From assembly GCA_963730795.1 (NCBI GenBank), contig CAVSTJ010000002.1, positions 17,007-81,006 of the forward strand: 64,000 bases of DNA, given 5' to 3'. The translations under genes were made by a program, and so were the position numbers. Each line of letters starts with the position of its first letter. Within the stretch, counting starts at the first letter, position 1. The notes below the pieces were generated by a model. That model saw nothing but the letters and a program-made list of their open reading frames with translations. It did not search any database and had not been told where the DNA came from. Of this stretch, positions 1-9,199 are shown piece after piece. Origin of the DNA: an uncultured Acidobacteriaceae bacterium (GTDB lineage Bacteria > Acidobacteriota > Terriglobia > Bryobacterales > Bryobacteraceae).

Positions 1-450
1 AAAGACTGATCGTTAAACACCACCAACCCATACTGGGATCGAAGCGGGACAGTGCTGAGGGTTGCTAGAACATTAGCTTTTTTGTGCATGTCAAGCAAGC
101 GGTGCAGGTCGATGTTTCCCAACCCATCGCCATAAGTAGCAAAGAAACGCTCTCCCACATAGGTCCCGCAGCGCAAGATGCGCTCTCCCGTGTCAGCATC
201 CTCGCCCGTGTCGACGATTCGAACTTTCCAATCCGAAAACCGCCCGTCGAAGTAATCGGTCAGCATCTCTTTACGGTGCCCGGCGGCCAAGACGAACTCC
301 GTAAAGCCCTGCGTCGCGTAGATGCGCATCAGGTGCACAATGATGGGTGTGCCTGCGATCGGCATCATCACCTTCGGATAGTACTCCGTGAACGGATACG
401 AGCGAGTGCCCTTCCCTCCGCACAGTATGACAACCTTTGGTCGTTCCATC
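1..450 (-). CDS. rfbF: glucose-1-phosphate cytidylyltransferase, N-terminal 150 aa (3' end runs off the window)
   Basis: Absent from the ORF track because it has no in-window stop. My translation of the minus strand from ATG at 450 reads MERPKVVILCGGKGTRSYPFTEYYPKVMMPIAGTPIIVHLMRIYATQGFTEFVLAAGHRKEMLTDYFDGRF... It has the GGxGTR nucleotidyltransferase loop and an overall RfbF/DdhA-like sequence. Confidence 0.85.
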
Positions 451-653
451 TGTCCTAATCCGCTCCGATCTGGCGTCTCGAGTATGCTTCCGGGCAGTAA
501 TGATGACTTGAAGTCTTGCGACTTACATTCTAAAAGTGTCTTGTAACTTCAGAACATAATGCAGGTTATTCCGAAAAGAGTCAAGGGCTTTTCACGTTAC
601 CAACCGCGATGAAGTACCGGTCGGACTGTTAACTCTGCTTTACCGCTTCATTA

Positions 654-2162
654 TTGGGAGGGTCGGCGTCGAAAAGCTCGTCAAGTCGAGTAACATGCAA
701 TTCTAAAGCTTTGGTTCCGAAACGCAAGCTCGTCGTTGGCGCCTTGAGTAATGGCATCTTCGCCGCACTCGGAGGGTTGCTCACCGTTTTGCAATCTCTG
801 CTCGCGATGCGGCTACTTGGACCAGGCGAAATGGGCGAATTCGCCGTCGCTGCCGCGATCGCCGCTATGTTGGAGCTCATCTCCGATTTCGGAATTGGAG
901 ATCGCTTAGTTCAGCAGACATCGCTGCCGATCCCCAAAGCATTTCATGCCGCACTTACATTACAGACCTTTGCGGCGATTCCAATATGGTTGGCTGTTTT
1001 TCTTTTGGCTCCAAGCTTAGCGCATTTCTACAACCTGCCTCAGCTAACCAATCTAGTGCGGCTAATGAGTTTACAAGCTTTTGGGGGAGTTCTGCGACTG
1101 CCGCTCTTTCTCCTCTATCGGGATCTTGAGTACTTCCAGCACCGTCTTCTGGTCTTCCTCGGGAAAGCCATGTCGTTCGCGGTGACCATCAGCATGGCTC
1201 AGTGGGGCTACGGAGCCCGGTCGCTCGCGTTCGGAGCCCTAGTCGGACTGCTGACCACCTGCGTCCCAGCCTGGATTCTTGTCGCGCAGCTTCCGGCTTG
1301 GAACTGCCGTCGCGATGACGTCAAGCTGTTCCTAACCTTCTGTTGGCCGGTCTGGGCATCGCGGGTCGCCCTCATTGCTGTCGAGCAAGGGAGCGTGTTC
1401 ATTATCTCGGTAACTCTGTCCGTTCAGCAACTTGGGCAGTACAAATCTGCCGAGCAGATTGCGCACACTGCTCCTCTGATCGAGATGGTTTTCGCCCAGA
1501 CGATATTCCCTATGTTGTGTCGCGTTTCCGGATCGCGCGAGCAACTAAGTCTGCTATTTTCCGCGTCGACCCGAGCCGCCATGATATTCTTCTCAGCCGC
1601 CGCCTGTTCCTTGCTGATCTTCTCTCACCAGATTGTGAGGCTCATACTAACGCCCCGCTGGGAAGGCGCAGAACTCTATTTGCAGGCTCACGCGATCGGG
1701 ATATTGCTTGGTGCGGTGGCCTTCAACTGGGAGGTGCTCTTCCGTGCAATTGGCCAAACTGGACCGATATTCCGCTTTTCTATGATCTACGGAATGTCGT
1801 TTCTACTCATCCTTTGTCCCTTAACCTACTTCATGGGACGGCCCGGGGTGGCGGCGGGGGTTGTCCTCGTAAATCTGGTTGGTTTTGTTGTTCGGAACTT
1901 CTATTTTGCGAAGCTGCAGCTCGAGACGTCGATGATGAACATTATCTGGCGTTCCACTCTTGCCGGATCGGGAGCGATAATGGCCGTTCTCATTCTTCGG
2001 TTAGTCGCACAAGGAGCCGCGAATACCTTCGTTGCTTGGGGGCTAGAGGTCAGCGTATATGTGGCCACGTATCTGCTGCTGATCTGGTGGCTCGAAAGCA
2101 GCCTTCTCGCCAGCTTGCGCAACACACTCCGAAGACCAACGACGCAGGCCTCACCAGCTTAG
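654..2162 (+). CDS. Wzx-type polysaccharide flippase (MOP/PST family membrane protein)
   Basis: 502-aa ORF that is almost entirely hydrophobic helices, with 'polysaccharide biosynthesis protein' architecture, inside an EPS locus. The start is uncertain (the track start is TTG). Confidence 0.75.
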   Translation: MGGSASKSSSSRVTCNSKALVPKRKLVVGALSNGIFAALGGLLTVLQSLLAMRLLGPGEMGEFAVAAAIAAMLELISDFGIGDRLVQQTSLPIPKAFHAALTLQTFAAIPIWLAVFLLAPSLAHFYNLPQLTNLVRLMSLQAFGGVLRLPLFLLYRDLEYFQHRLLVFLGKAMSFAVTISMAQWGYGARSLAFGALVGLLTTCVPAWILVAQLPAWNCRRDDVKLFLTFCWPVWASRVALIAVEQGSVFIISVTLSVQQLGQYKSAEQIAHTAPLIEMVFAQTIFPMLCRVSGSREQLSLLFSASTRAAMIFFSAAACSLLIFSHQIVRLILTPRWEGAELYLQAHAIGILLGAVAFNWEVLFRAIGQTGPIFRFSMIYGMSFLLILCPLTYFMGRPGVAAGVVLVNLVGFVVRNFYFAKLQLETSMMNIIWRSTLAGSGAIMAVLILRLVAQGAANTFVAWGLEVSVYVATYLLLIWWLESSLLASLRNTLRRPTTQASPA

Positions 2163-2211
2163 GGACCGAACTCCGCGCGTAGCTCAGACCAATTCGTGTT
2201 TCAGAAGCTCT

Positions 2212-3042
2212 TTAGCAATGCGCAAGGTAGCTTGCATGAGCTACCCGTTGGCCTGTAGAAGAATGCTTCAAGATGAATTTCTTCTTCAACTCCACCCTCT
2301 CGTAACCAGCGTCCTCGATCATCTGTGTAAGACAAGCCAAACTCATACCCCACCAAGCGCAGTTATCCCCACCTCCGAGGTAACGCATGAGATTGAATGG
2401 CAACTTACGGTTGTAACAATCGGTAAACACTGCTTGCCCTCCGCTCACCTCCCGAATCCTTTCAAGAGCAAGGACAGGATTTTTTAAATGAAGTAGAAGA
2501 CTACCGGTGTGAACAAGATCGAAAGTTCCCAGTTGCTTGGCGCTGAGATCGTAAACACTCATCTCGATGCGTTTGACTTTCGATCCGTATGCTTCGTGCG
2601 CCAGGGAGAATCCCCGGCCAAACGGTGCATCCAGTTGCGCATCCGTCATTGCCGTGCGCTGCTTACGCGGCAGGTCCAGCTCGCGTGCGCATGACACATC
2701 TAAAGCAACAACTTCAGAGGCACCTCGACGCTCCATCTCAAAGGCCCAATAACCGTCGAACGTGGCGACATCCAACACTCTGAGCCCGTCCAGACGACTC
2801 GGAACCGGGTAGTCGTCAAGAATAGCACGGTGATCAAAAACGCCGTGAGTACGCACGCCGCCGCCGAGATCCAGAGTGTGATACCAATTGATCTCCTTAA
2901 CGCGAGTTTCCAAGTTAGTCAGCGAACCGACATCGGGAAACGCGTTTGCAGGACTGGACCTACCGCCAGTCACAACTCCAAGCGCTGTTAAAGGATCTTC
3001 CATGGTACACCTTCTCGTGTCGGCACGTAAGTGAATTGGCAC
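2212..3042 (-). CDS. class I SAM-dependent methyltransferase (CmoB/DUF1698-like)
   Basis: Motif I-like VLDVATFDGYWAFEMERRGA, followed by DLVHTGSLLLHLKNP. An alternative start at ATG 3003 (MEDPL...) has GAAGG about 8 nt upstream. Confidence 0.7.
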   Translation of the reverse strand: MPIHLRADTRRCTMEDPLTALGVVTGGRSSPANAFPDVGSLTNLETRVKEINWYHTLDLGGGVRTHGVFDHRAILDDYPVPSRLDGLRVLDVATFDGYWAFEMERRGASEVVALDVSCARELDLPRKQRTAMTDAQLDAPFGRGFSLAHEAYGSKVKRIEMSVYDLSAKQLGTFDLVHTGSLLLHLKNPVLALERIREVSGGQAVFTDCYNRKLPFNLMRYLGGGDNCAWWGMSLACLTQMIEDAGYERVELKKKFILKHSSTGQRVAHASYLAHC

Positions 3043-3067
3043 CCGTCAGAACGACAGACTCAATACG

Positions 3068-4099
3068 CTACCAGATGAACGAGCCAGCCCTCTCGGACCG
3101 AGCTCGATAGCCACCGCTATTCGTACTAACGCCGAACAATTCAGAATCTGTAAGATAACGAATCGGAAAGTATCTGTCTACCCGCTGCGCTACATGTGCC
3201 AGCCCGAGCAGGACATCGTACTCGGCGGCGCTTAGGCGCCGGCTCACAATCACCCCGCAACCATCTACAATCAGGAACGAGCGCTTCTGGGGACTTGCCG
3301 TCATTTGTTGCAAGGCTAAATCCGGGGTGGCCGACGTGAAGACGCCTGGAGATTCATCTGTCCAAAAGAGTGCCTGGCAAGGATAAAGGATTCCTCCTGC
3401 TAATAGCTTGCGGGAAATCCCGTCAGTGCCAAGAGAATGGAGCAACTCGTGTTTTGGTAACCGCCAGCCTGCCCGGCTCGCAAGTTCCTTCAGAACTGCA
3501 TAGTTCGGGTCCGGCGAAGGTCGAGGTTGAATTTCCAATCTCCCCTCGACCTCCCAAAGCAGGGATTCTGCCGCTTGTGAGGTGTCCGCACAGATTACAA
3601 GGCCATGGTTCCCCAACAAGAACACGTCAGTGCCTGGTGACCTCTGTAAGGCGTCGTGAACGGCGTGTGCCAGCGGTAAGCCGGAGGCCACGTACGGTAT
3701 CCATGCCCAATTGAGACCCTTTAGGCCCTGCGCTGCGAGCACCGGAGCGTCTTGGCGTACTCCGTATGCTATCGAGTTGACCGAGTGCACATGAACAACG
3801 ATCCTGTACGGTAGCACTGCGTGCATTGCCGTCTCTATAGAAGGCTGGCGACCCGGGTCGCCGTGCTCGGTTGAAAGATCGAGGTGATCAAAAACACTGC
3901 GACGAACACAGGCCAGGTCGAGCGGGATGAGAATGTCGCATGTTTCTGCATCGGCGAGCCATGTGCCGGATGCTTTCACCCAAAGACGCTCATTGGTCTT
4001 TATCGAGACATTTCCTGTGCTTGCCTGCACGAGCGTCGGTTCAAGTCCGATGCGAGCGGAGAAGCTAAGAAGTGCGCTCATTTCGGAATCGTCGCTCAT
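3068..4099 (-). CDS. class II aldolase/adducin-domain protein
   Basis: 343-aa ORF. N-terminal TGNVSIK and HVHSVNSIAYG segments are typical of the class II aldolase fold. The C-terminal half is unassigned. Confidence 0.6.
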   Translation of the reverse strand: MSDDSEMSALLSFSARIGLEPTLVQASTGNVSIKTNERLWVKASGTWLADAETCDILIPLDLACVRRSVFDHLDLSTEHGDPGRQPSIETAMHAVLPYRIVVHVHSVNSIAYGVRQDAPVLAAQGLKGLNWAWIPYVASGLPLAHAVHDALQRSPGTDVFLLGNHGLVICADTSQAAESLLWEVEGRLEIQPRPSPDPNYAVLKELASRAGWRLPKHELLHSLGTDGISRKLLAGGILYPCQALFWTDESPGVFTSATPDLALQQMTASPQKRSFLIVDGCGVIVSRRLSAAEYDVLLGLAHVAQRVDRYFPIRYLTDSELFGVSTNSGGYRARSERAGSFIW

Positions 4100-4325
4100 G
4101 ATGGGACTCCTTGTCTTAATCAGCGGGACGAACTACATCCTCTGGTGGTTCTCCGCCCGTTGAGTTGTGTCCGACAGAACGAAAGCATACGTCCGGCACC
4201 GGCCAGAGATTCAATTGGCCTAAGCCTAGACCCGATAACTCCGCGCCTGCTTAGCCTAGCTCGATATCTAGTTACCCTGAAAAACTGATAGGTCAGAGGG
4301 TCACATACGGAAGGATCGTTGTAAG

Positions 4326-4350
4326 TATGAATATTGTGCCAGTATTCATA
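4326..4350. promoter_or_regulatory. 8-bp perfect inverted repeat TATGAATA-N9-TATTCATA in the divergent promoter region
   Basis: Read directly from the sequence: 4326-4333 and 4343-4350 are reverse complements. It lies 70 nt upstream of the initiating-transferase ORF. Confidence 0.2.
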
Positions 4351-4419
4351 TCGCTAGCGCGGGTCATCCAAGAAACAATCTTCTTTTAAGTACTAGGGCG
4401 AGCACAACTCAGTACCACA

Positions 4420-5607
4420 TTGCGAACCGATTCGCACGAAGCCCACTTTCAGCTCTTGACCCTGTGTGGCGGTTCGTCCACACTAGCTCAATCGGCAAAT
4501 CAGCGAAACTTACTTAGCGAGCAATTATCGCTACGTGCGGGATGCAACTTGAGTACACATATCCATATCTCGGGTGGTGTTGTCACCCCGGCTACCGGGC
4601 TTAAAGCTATCGGACCGGCTTCGTTGCATCGGAAGAGGCGGAGCTTGCTTGTTGGGACAGGCACATTCGCTCTTGCAGCCGCCCACAAGTTAGTGGCTAG
4701 CGACGACTACTTTCTGGTCGGCAGGGTGGGCGGCGACCCACAGGATCCGACTTTGGATTCGATCTCTTTTCTGGGATGGATTTACGACCTCCGAAGCATC
4801 ATAGTCGAGCACTGCATTGACGAGTTGCACGTTGCAGCCGCAATTCGGAGCGGATTCCCAGAACTGCCGGAAATCCACAAAGTCGCTTGTTCTTTAGGTA
4901 TCCCCGTTACCGTCCACCTGGAGTTGCTCGGCGCTGAGTTCGGCCTTGTGTCTCGAGACGCTGCCAGGCTGTCACTCGCTTACAACTGCCACCGCGCGCA
5001 TCGGTGGCACTGGCGTCTAGCCAAGCGCCTGCTGGATTTCAGCGTTGCTCTTCTCCTGTTGCTTGTGACCGCACCGGTATTTGCAGTCATCGCGCTACTG
5101 GTGAAGACCACTTCCCGAGGTCCTGTGTTCTTTCGGCAATCGCGCATTGGGTTGCGCCGCCGCGAATTCATGATGTGGAAGTTCAGGACGATGGTTGAGA
5201 ACGCGGAGCAACTTCGGCACGAAGTCCACCGGTTGAACAACGCCCGGGGCATTAGCTTCAAAATCATTCGCGACCCGCGTCTCACGCCGATTGGCGGCTT
5301 TCTCAGAAAAACCAGCCTGGATGAACTGCCCCAGTTCCTAAACGTGTTGATGGGAGAGATGAGCCTGGTTGGCCCCCGTCCCATCCCGTTGTGGGTCGCT
5401 GACCAAATGCAAGATGCTAAATTCTATCGGCGCTTCCACGTCATGCCTGGACTTACCGGCTGGTGGCAAGTTGAGGGCCGCGAGCAGGATTTTGAGGTGA
5501 TGGCCGAACAGGATCTGGATTACGTAGACAATTGGTCTTTCCGTCTTGATTTGAAGATACTGCTCAGGACGCTGCCGGCGGTCTTGAAGGGGGACGGAGC
5601 GCATTGA
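4420..5607 (+). CDS. polyprenyl-phosphate sugar phosphotransferase (WbaP/EpsB-type initiating enzyme)
   Basis: C-terminal bacterial sugar transferase signatures WKFRTM, DELPQFLNVLMGEMSLVGPRP and GLTGWWQV. TM helix LLLLLVTAPVFAVIALLV. Confidence 0.9.
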   Translation: MRTDSHEAHFQLLTLCGGSSTLAQSANQRNLLSEQLSLRAGCNLSTHIHISGGVVTPATGLKAIGPASLHRKRRSLLVGTGTFALAAAHKLVASDDYFLVGRVGGDPQDPTLDSISFLGWIYDLRSIIVEHCIDELHVAAAIRSGFPELPEIHKVACSLGIPVTVHLELLGAEFGLVSRDAARLSLAYNCHRAHRWHWRLAKRLLDFSVALLLLLVTAPVFAVIALLVKTTSRGPVFFRQSRIGLRRREFMMWKFRTMVENAEQLRHEVHRLNNARGISFKIIRDPRLTPIGGFLRKTSLDELPQFLNVLMGEMSLVGPRPIPLWVADQMQDAKFYRRFHVMPGLTGWWQVEGREQDFEVMAEQDLDYVDNWSFRLDLKILLRTLPAVLKGDGAH

Positions 5608-6839
5608 GCACCCAAACCGTTAAAGCCGCGGATCTCCGCGCTCCTTCGGCTCAGCCGCTTCGTTTGGCTATTTATTATCCCTGGTTGTACCTAAAGAGCG
5701 GAGGCGAGCGGACGATCTTCGAGCTCGTTTCGCGCAGCCGCCATGACTGGACGATAATAACGAATCGCTATGATGCCGAAGCCACATACCCGGAGCTTCA
5801 GAACGCGAAAATCATCGAATTAGCGAAGATACCCGTCAGGCGAAGCTTGCTCCACGTAGCCAAAGCCGGTTACCGGATCGTAATGCAGAAGCTTCCGCTC
5901 GAAGGATATCAGGCGGCCCTGGTGTTCTGTGAAGGATTGGGCGACTTGGTTCTTTTCCGCAATCACACCATTCCGACGGCCTGTTACTGCTTTACGCCCT
6001 TACGAGTGACCTTCGACCCGCATTATCGCCAGAAATATCTGGCTATGACTGAAGCCTCCTGGACTAAAAGGGCTGTGCTTGCCTGTCTCAATACGATGTT
6101 CCGGGTTGTCGACCGCCAGGCATGGAAGGTTTACGACCATGTGTTCGCGATCAGCCGGGAAGTGGAAAAGCGAATTCTAACTGGAAATTTGTGCTCCCCC
6201 AACAGAATGTCGGTTCTCTATGCCGGAATCGATACGCAGAAACTGCAACCATCGGGGCGGTACTCGCCCTTCTTCTTCCATCCCGGCAGAATCATGTGGA
6301 CCAAGAATACCGAGCTCGGCATTCGCTCGTTCCTGGAATTCAAGAAGCGTCGGCCGGATCATGCGCATTATCAACTCGTCGTAGCGGGCTTCGTAGATGA
6401 AAAGAGCAAGTCCTATTTGGAACGCCTCGAGCGAATGATCGATGGACGGAACGACATACGCATAGTGGTCAATCCTACCGATGGTGAGATGCGTGAGTTT
6501 TACCAGGCCTGTTACTCCGTGCTTTACACGCCTTTCAACGAAGACATGGGTCTTATTCCGGTAGAAGCAATGGCGTCAGGGAAGCCCGTCCTAGCGGTAA
6601 ACAGGGGCGGTCCCCGGGAATTGATTGAACATGGGCACACCGGCTTTCTCCTCGAGCCCGAGCCGGAATCATTTGCGGATACTATGGAACACTTGGCTGA
6701 CAATCCTCTACTAGTAAGAACGATCGGCAAAGCGGGTGTTGCGCAGTCGAAACGATATGACTGGGCTAATTTCCACACGGTGATCGACGATTACTTTGAG
6801 CGGCTTGTGGCGCGGCGTGCCGTTGGGAAGAAAAGTTAA
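5604..6839 (+). CDS. glycosyltransferase family 4
   Basis: EDMGLIPVEAMASGKPVLAVNRGGPRELIEHGHTGFL (GT4 EX7E region). TTGA start/stop overlap with the upstream gene. Confidence 0.85.
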   Translation: MSTQTVKAADLRAPSAQPLRLAIYYPWLYLKSGGERTIFELVSRSRHDWTIITNRYDAEATYPELQNAKIIELAKIPVRRSLLHVAKAGYRIVMQKLPLEGYQAALVFCEGLGDLVLFRNHTIPTACYCFTPLRVTFDPHYRQKYLAMTEASWTKRAVLACLNTMFRVVDRQAWKVYDHVFAISREVEKRILTGNLCSPNRMSVLYAGIDTQKLQPSGRYSPFFFHPGRIMWTKNTELGIRSFLEFKKRRPDHAHYQLVVAGFVDEKSKSYLERLERMIDGRNDIRIVVNPTDGEMREFYQACYSVLYTPFNEDMGLIPVEAMASGKPVLAVNRGGPRELIEHGHTGFLLEPEPESFADTMEHLADNPLLVRTIGKAGVAQSKRYDWANFHTVIDDYFERLVARRAVGKKS

Positions 6840-6853
6840 CCCACAAGAAGAGG

Positions 6854-8425
6854 ATGCAAGACATGAAACCGACAATCTGTCTGCTCACGCCCCCGTCTGT
6901 GTTCCTGCTGGACGAGCGGGTGTTCATGACATTAGGCATCCTGAAAATTGCAGCAGTACTGGAGAAGGCGGGTTACTGTGTCGAGATGGTTGACCTCTCC
7001 GGTATCGAGAATTTCATTGAGGCGGCTCGGGACCACGCAGCGCGTTCCAACGCGAACATCTTCGGTCTGACGGCCACTACTCCGCAGCTACCGGCCACCA
7101 TTCGTATTTCGGACGCAATACGTTCCGTACGTCCGGACGCCCGTCTAATCCTGGGCGGACCACACGTCACTCTGGTGAACGCGGCGCGCAAGCGGGAACT
7201 CAGGCTCGGCGTCGAAGGACGGGTGAGAAAGGCGTTCGAGCAATTAGAACGCGTCTTTGACGTTCTGGTCGCCGGAGACGGAGAGCAATCTATCTTTCAC
7301 GCCATCCAGGAAAACTCACCACCGTTGATAGATGCAGACGATCCGAAGTCATTCTTATTCTTAACCAGTGCCATGCTGGCCGAATTGCCTTTACCGGCCC
7401 GCCACCTAGTAGCCGTGGACACTTATCGTTACACAATCGACGGTGTACGGGCCATGAGTCTTATCGCCCAGTTAGGCTGCCCCTTCGAGTGTGGTTTCTG
7501 CGGCGGGCGAGATTCGCCCATGCTGCGCCGGACCCGCATGCGGGCGAGCCAAGGCGTGGTTGCTGAAGTGGTTCATCTGTATGAACAATATGGCGTAACA
7601 GGCTTCATGCTGTATGATGACGAGCTTAACGTCAATCCGAAAATGGTACCGCTCATGCGGATGTTGGCTCACGCCGCCGAAGAGCGTGGGGTCGAATGGC
7701 GCCTTCGCGGATTCATCAAAGCGGAGCTGTTCACAGATGAACAAGCCGAGGCAATGTACCAGGCAGGTTTCCGTTGGATCCTGACCGGCTTTGAATCTGC
7801 CGCACCTAGAATTCTCAAGAACATCAATAAGAAAGCGACGCTCGAAGAGAATACTCGGTGCATCGAGATCGCCCGGCGTCACAAACTCAAAATTAAGGCC
7901 CTGATGTCGGTCGGACACCCCGGAGAGTCAGCCGATACCGTCGGGCAGAGTCATCAATGGTTATTGGAAGTCAAGCCGGACGACTTCGATGTAACCATCA
8001 TTACACCCTATCCTGGCACTCCGTACTATGATCAAGCCGTTCCGCACGACAATACCGAGGACCTGTGGGTGTATACAATCAACGGGGACCGGCTGTATGC
8101 TTACGATCTTGATTACACGGTCACTTCTGACTACTACAAGGGAGATCCTAACGGAGGTTACCAATCGTTCGTCTTTTCAGACGCATTGTCGCAACAGGAG
8201 CTAGTCAAACTAAGAAATTTCGTAGAGACGGACGTCCGCGCCAAGCTGGCCATACCGTTTAGTGTTTCATCTCCATCCATGCGCTACGAACACAGCATGG
8301 GCCAGTTTGCAGAAATGCCGTCCCACATCGTCCGGCGCAGCTCCGAATCCGCCCTCCCGCCCTTGATGAATGCCGTGGCGGCGGGTGCTGTTTTTCCCAT
8401 CCTGCATTCAGGGTTACACGAGTAA
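6854..8425 (+). CDS. B12-binding-domain radical SAM protein
   Basis: N-terminal Rossmann-like B12-binding region (ILGGPHVT). CxxxCxxC cluster GCPFECGFCGG at about 7475-7507. Confidence 0.85.
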   Translation: MQDMKPTICLLTPPSVFLLDERVFMTLGILKIAAVLEKAGYCVEMVDLSGIENFIEAARDHAARSNANIFGLTATTPQLPATIRISDAIRSVRPDARLILGGPHVTLVNAARKRELRLGVEGRVRKAFEQLERVFDVLVAGDGEQSIFHAIQENSPPLIDADDPKSFLFLTSAMLAELPLPARHLVAVDTYRYTIDGVRAMSLIAQLGCPFECGFCGGRDSPMLRRTRMRASQGVVAEVVHLYEQYGVTGFMLYDDELNVNPKMVPLMRMLAHAAEERGVEWRLRGFIKAELFTDEQAEAMYQAGFRWILTGFESAAPRILKNINKKATLEENTRCIEIARRHKLKIKALMSVGHPGESADTVGQSHQWLLEVKPDDFDVTIITPYPGTPYYDQAVPHDNTEDLWVYTINGDRLYAYDLDYTVTSDYYKGDPNGGYQSFVFSDALSQQELVKLRNFVETDVRAKLAIPFSVSSPSMRYEHSMGQFAEMPSHIVRRSSESALPPLMNAVAAGAVFPILHSGLHE

Positions 8426-8436
8426 CCGGAGAATTA

Positions 8437-9189
8437 ATGAGGTTCCGTCACTTTATACCAATTGGCCTCATCGTTTGTCTGGTCACGGTAAATAGGAGCA
8501 TCGAAGCACAGATAAACCAGCTTGCAGCAACCAGTGCGCCGTCCCAAAGACAATCTACGGCAACTGGAAGGGAAGGCGGTCAAACAAGCTATCACGTTAA
8601 TCCTGGCGACTCAGTAGAGTTCAAATTTACGTTCAACAAGGAGTTGAATGAGCTGGTAACTGTACGCCCAGACGGCTTTCTTTCACTGGCGATGATTGGC
8701 GATGTCGCAGCGAACGGTGAGACGCCCGAGTCTCTTGCCCAGCTCGTATCGTCCCGCTACGCACAGATCTTAAAGCGTCCAGAGGTTGTCGCGATCATGC
8801 GCAATTTCTCCAGCCAACGAGTCTTCGTGACGGGTGAGGTTTTCGCGCCTGGCGTCGTCCCCATCGCCGGGCACATGACACTCACTCAAGCCGTCGTAAG
8901 TGCGGGAGGAATTAGACCGACCGGTTGCGCAACCCAAGTGCTGCTCGTTCGCTACGGAGGGTCGAATACAGCTACCGTAACGCCCGTCTCCTTGAAGAAC
9001 CTGCTTAAAGGAAAGGCGCCGGATATGCTCCTTGAAGCATATGACGTAATCTACGTGCCGCGTACCCGGATCGCACAAGTGGGAACCTTCGTGGAACAGT
9101 ACATAAACAATATCGTCCCAAGAAGCCTATACTTTCCTTACAATCTGCACAACGTCGTCAGCTTTCAAAGTACGGCGGCCCCGCAGTAG
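8437..9189 (+). CDS. polysaccharide export protein (Wza/Poly_export + SLBB)
   Basis: N-terminal hydrophobic signal (IGLIVCLVTVN). YHVNPGDSVEFKF Poly_export-type motif. VFVTGEVFAPG SLBB-like segment. Confidence 0.8.
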   Translation: MRFRHFIPIGLIVCLVTVNRSIEAQINQLAATSAPSQRQSTATGREGGQTSYHVNPGDSVEFKFTFNKELNELVTVRPDGFLSLAMIGDVAANGETPESLAQLVSSRYAQILKRPEVVAIMRNFSSQRVFVTGEVFAPGVVPIAGHMTLTQAVVSAGGIRPTGCATQVLLVRYGGSNTATVTPVSLKNLLKGKAPDMLLEAYDVIYVPRTRIAQVGTFVEQYINNIVPRSLYFPYNLHNVVSFQSTAAPQ

Positions 9190-9199
9190 GAGTCGGAGC

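Noticed and set aside
84-458. 124-aa plus-strand ORF from the track
   Set aside because: It is antisense to a clear rfbF coding sequence on the minus strand (ATG at 450) and has no motif of its own. It is a typical GC-rich shadow ORF.
1343-2182. 279-aa plus-strand ORF overlapping the flippase gene in another frame
   Set aside because: It is Arg/Cys-rich low-complexity translation lying entirely inside the 502-aa membrane-protein ORF, whose hydrophobic periodicity identifies the true frame.
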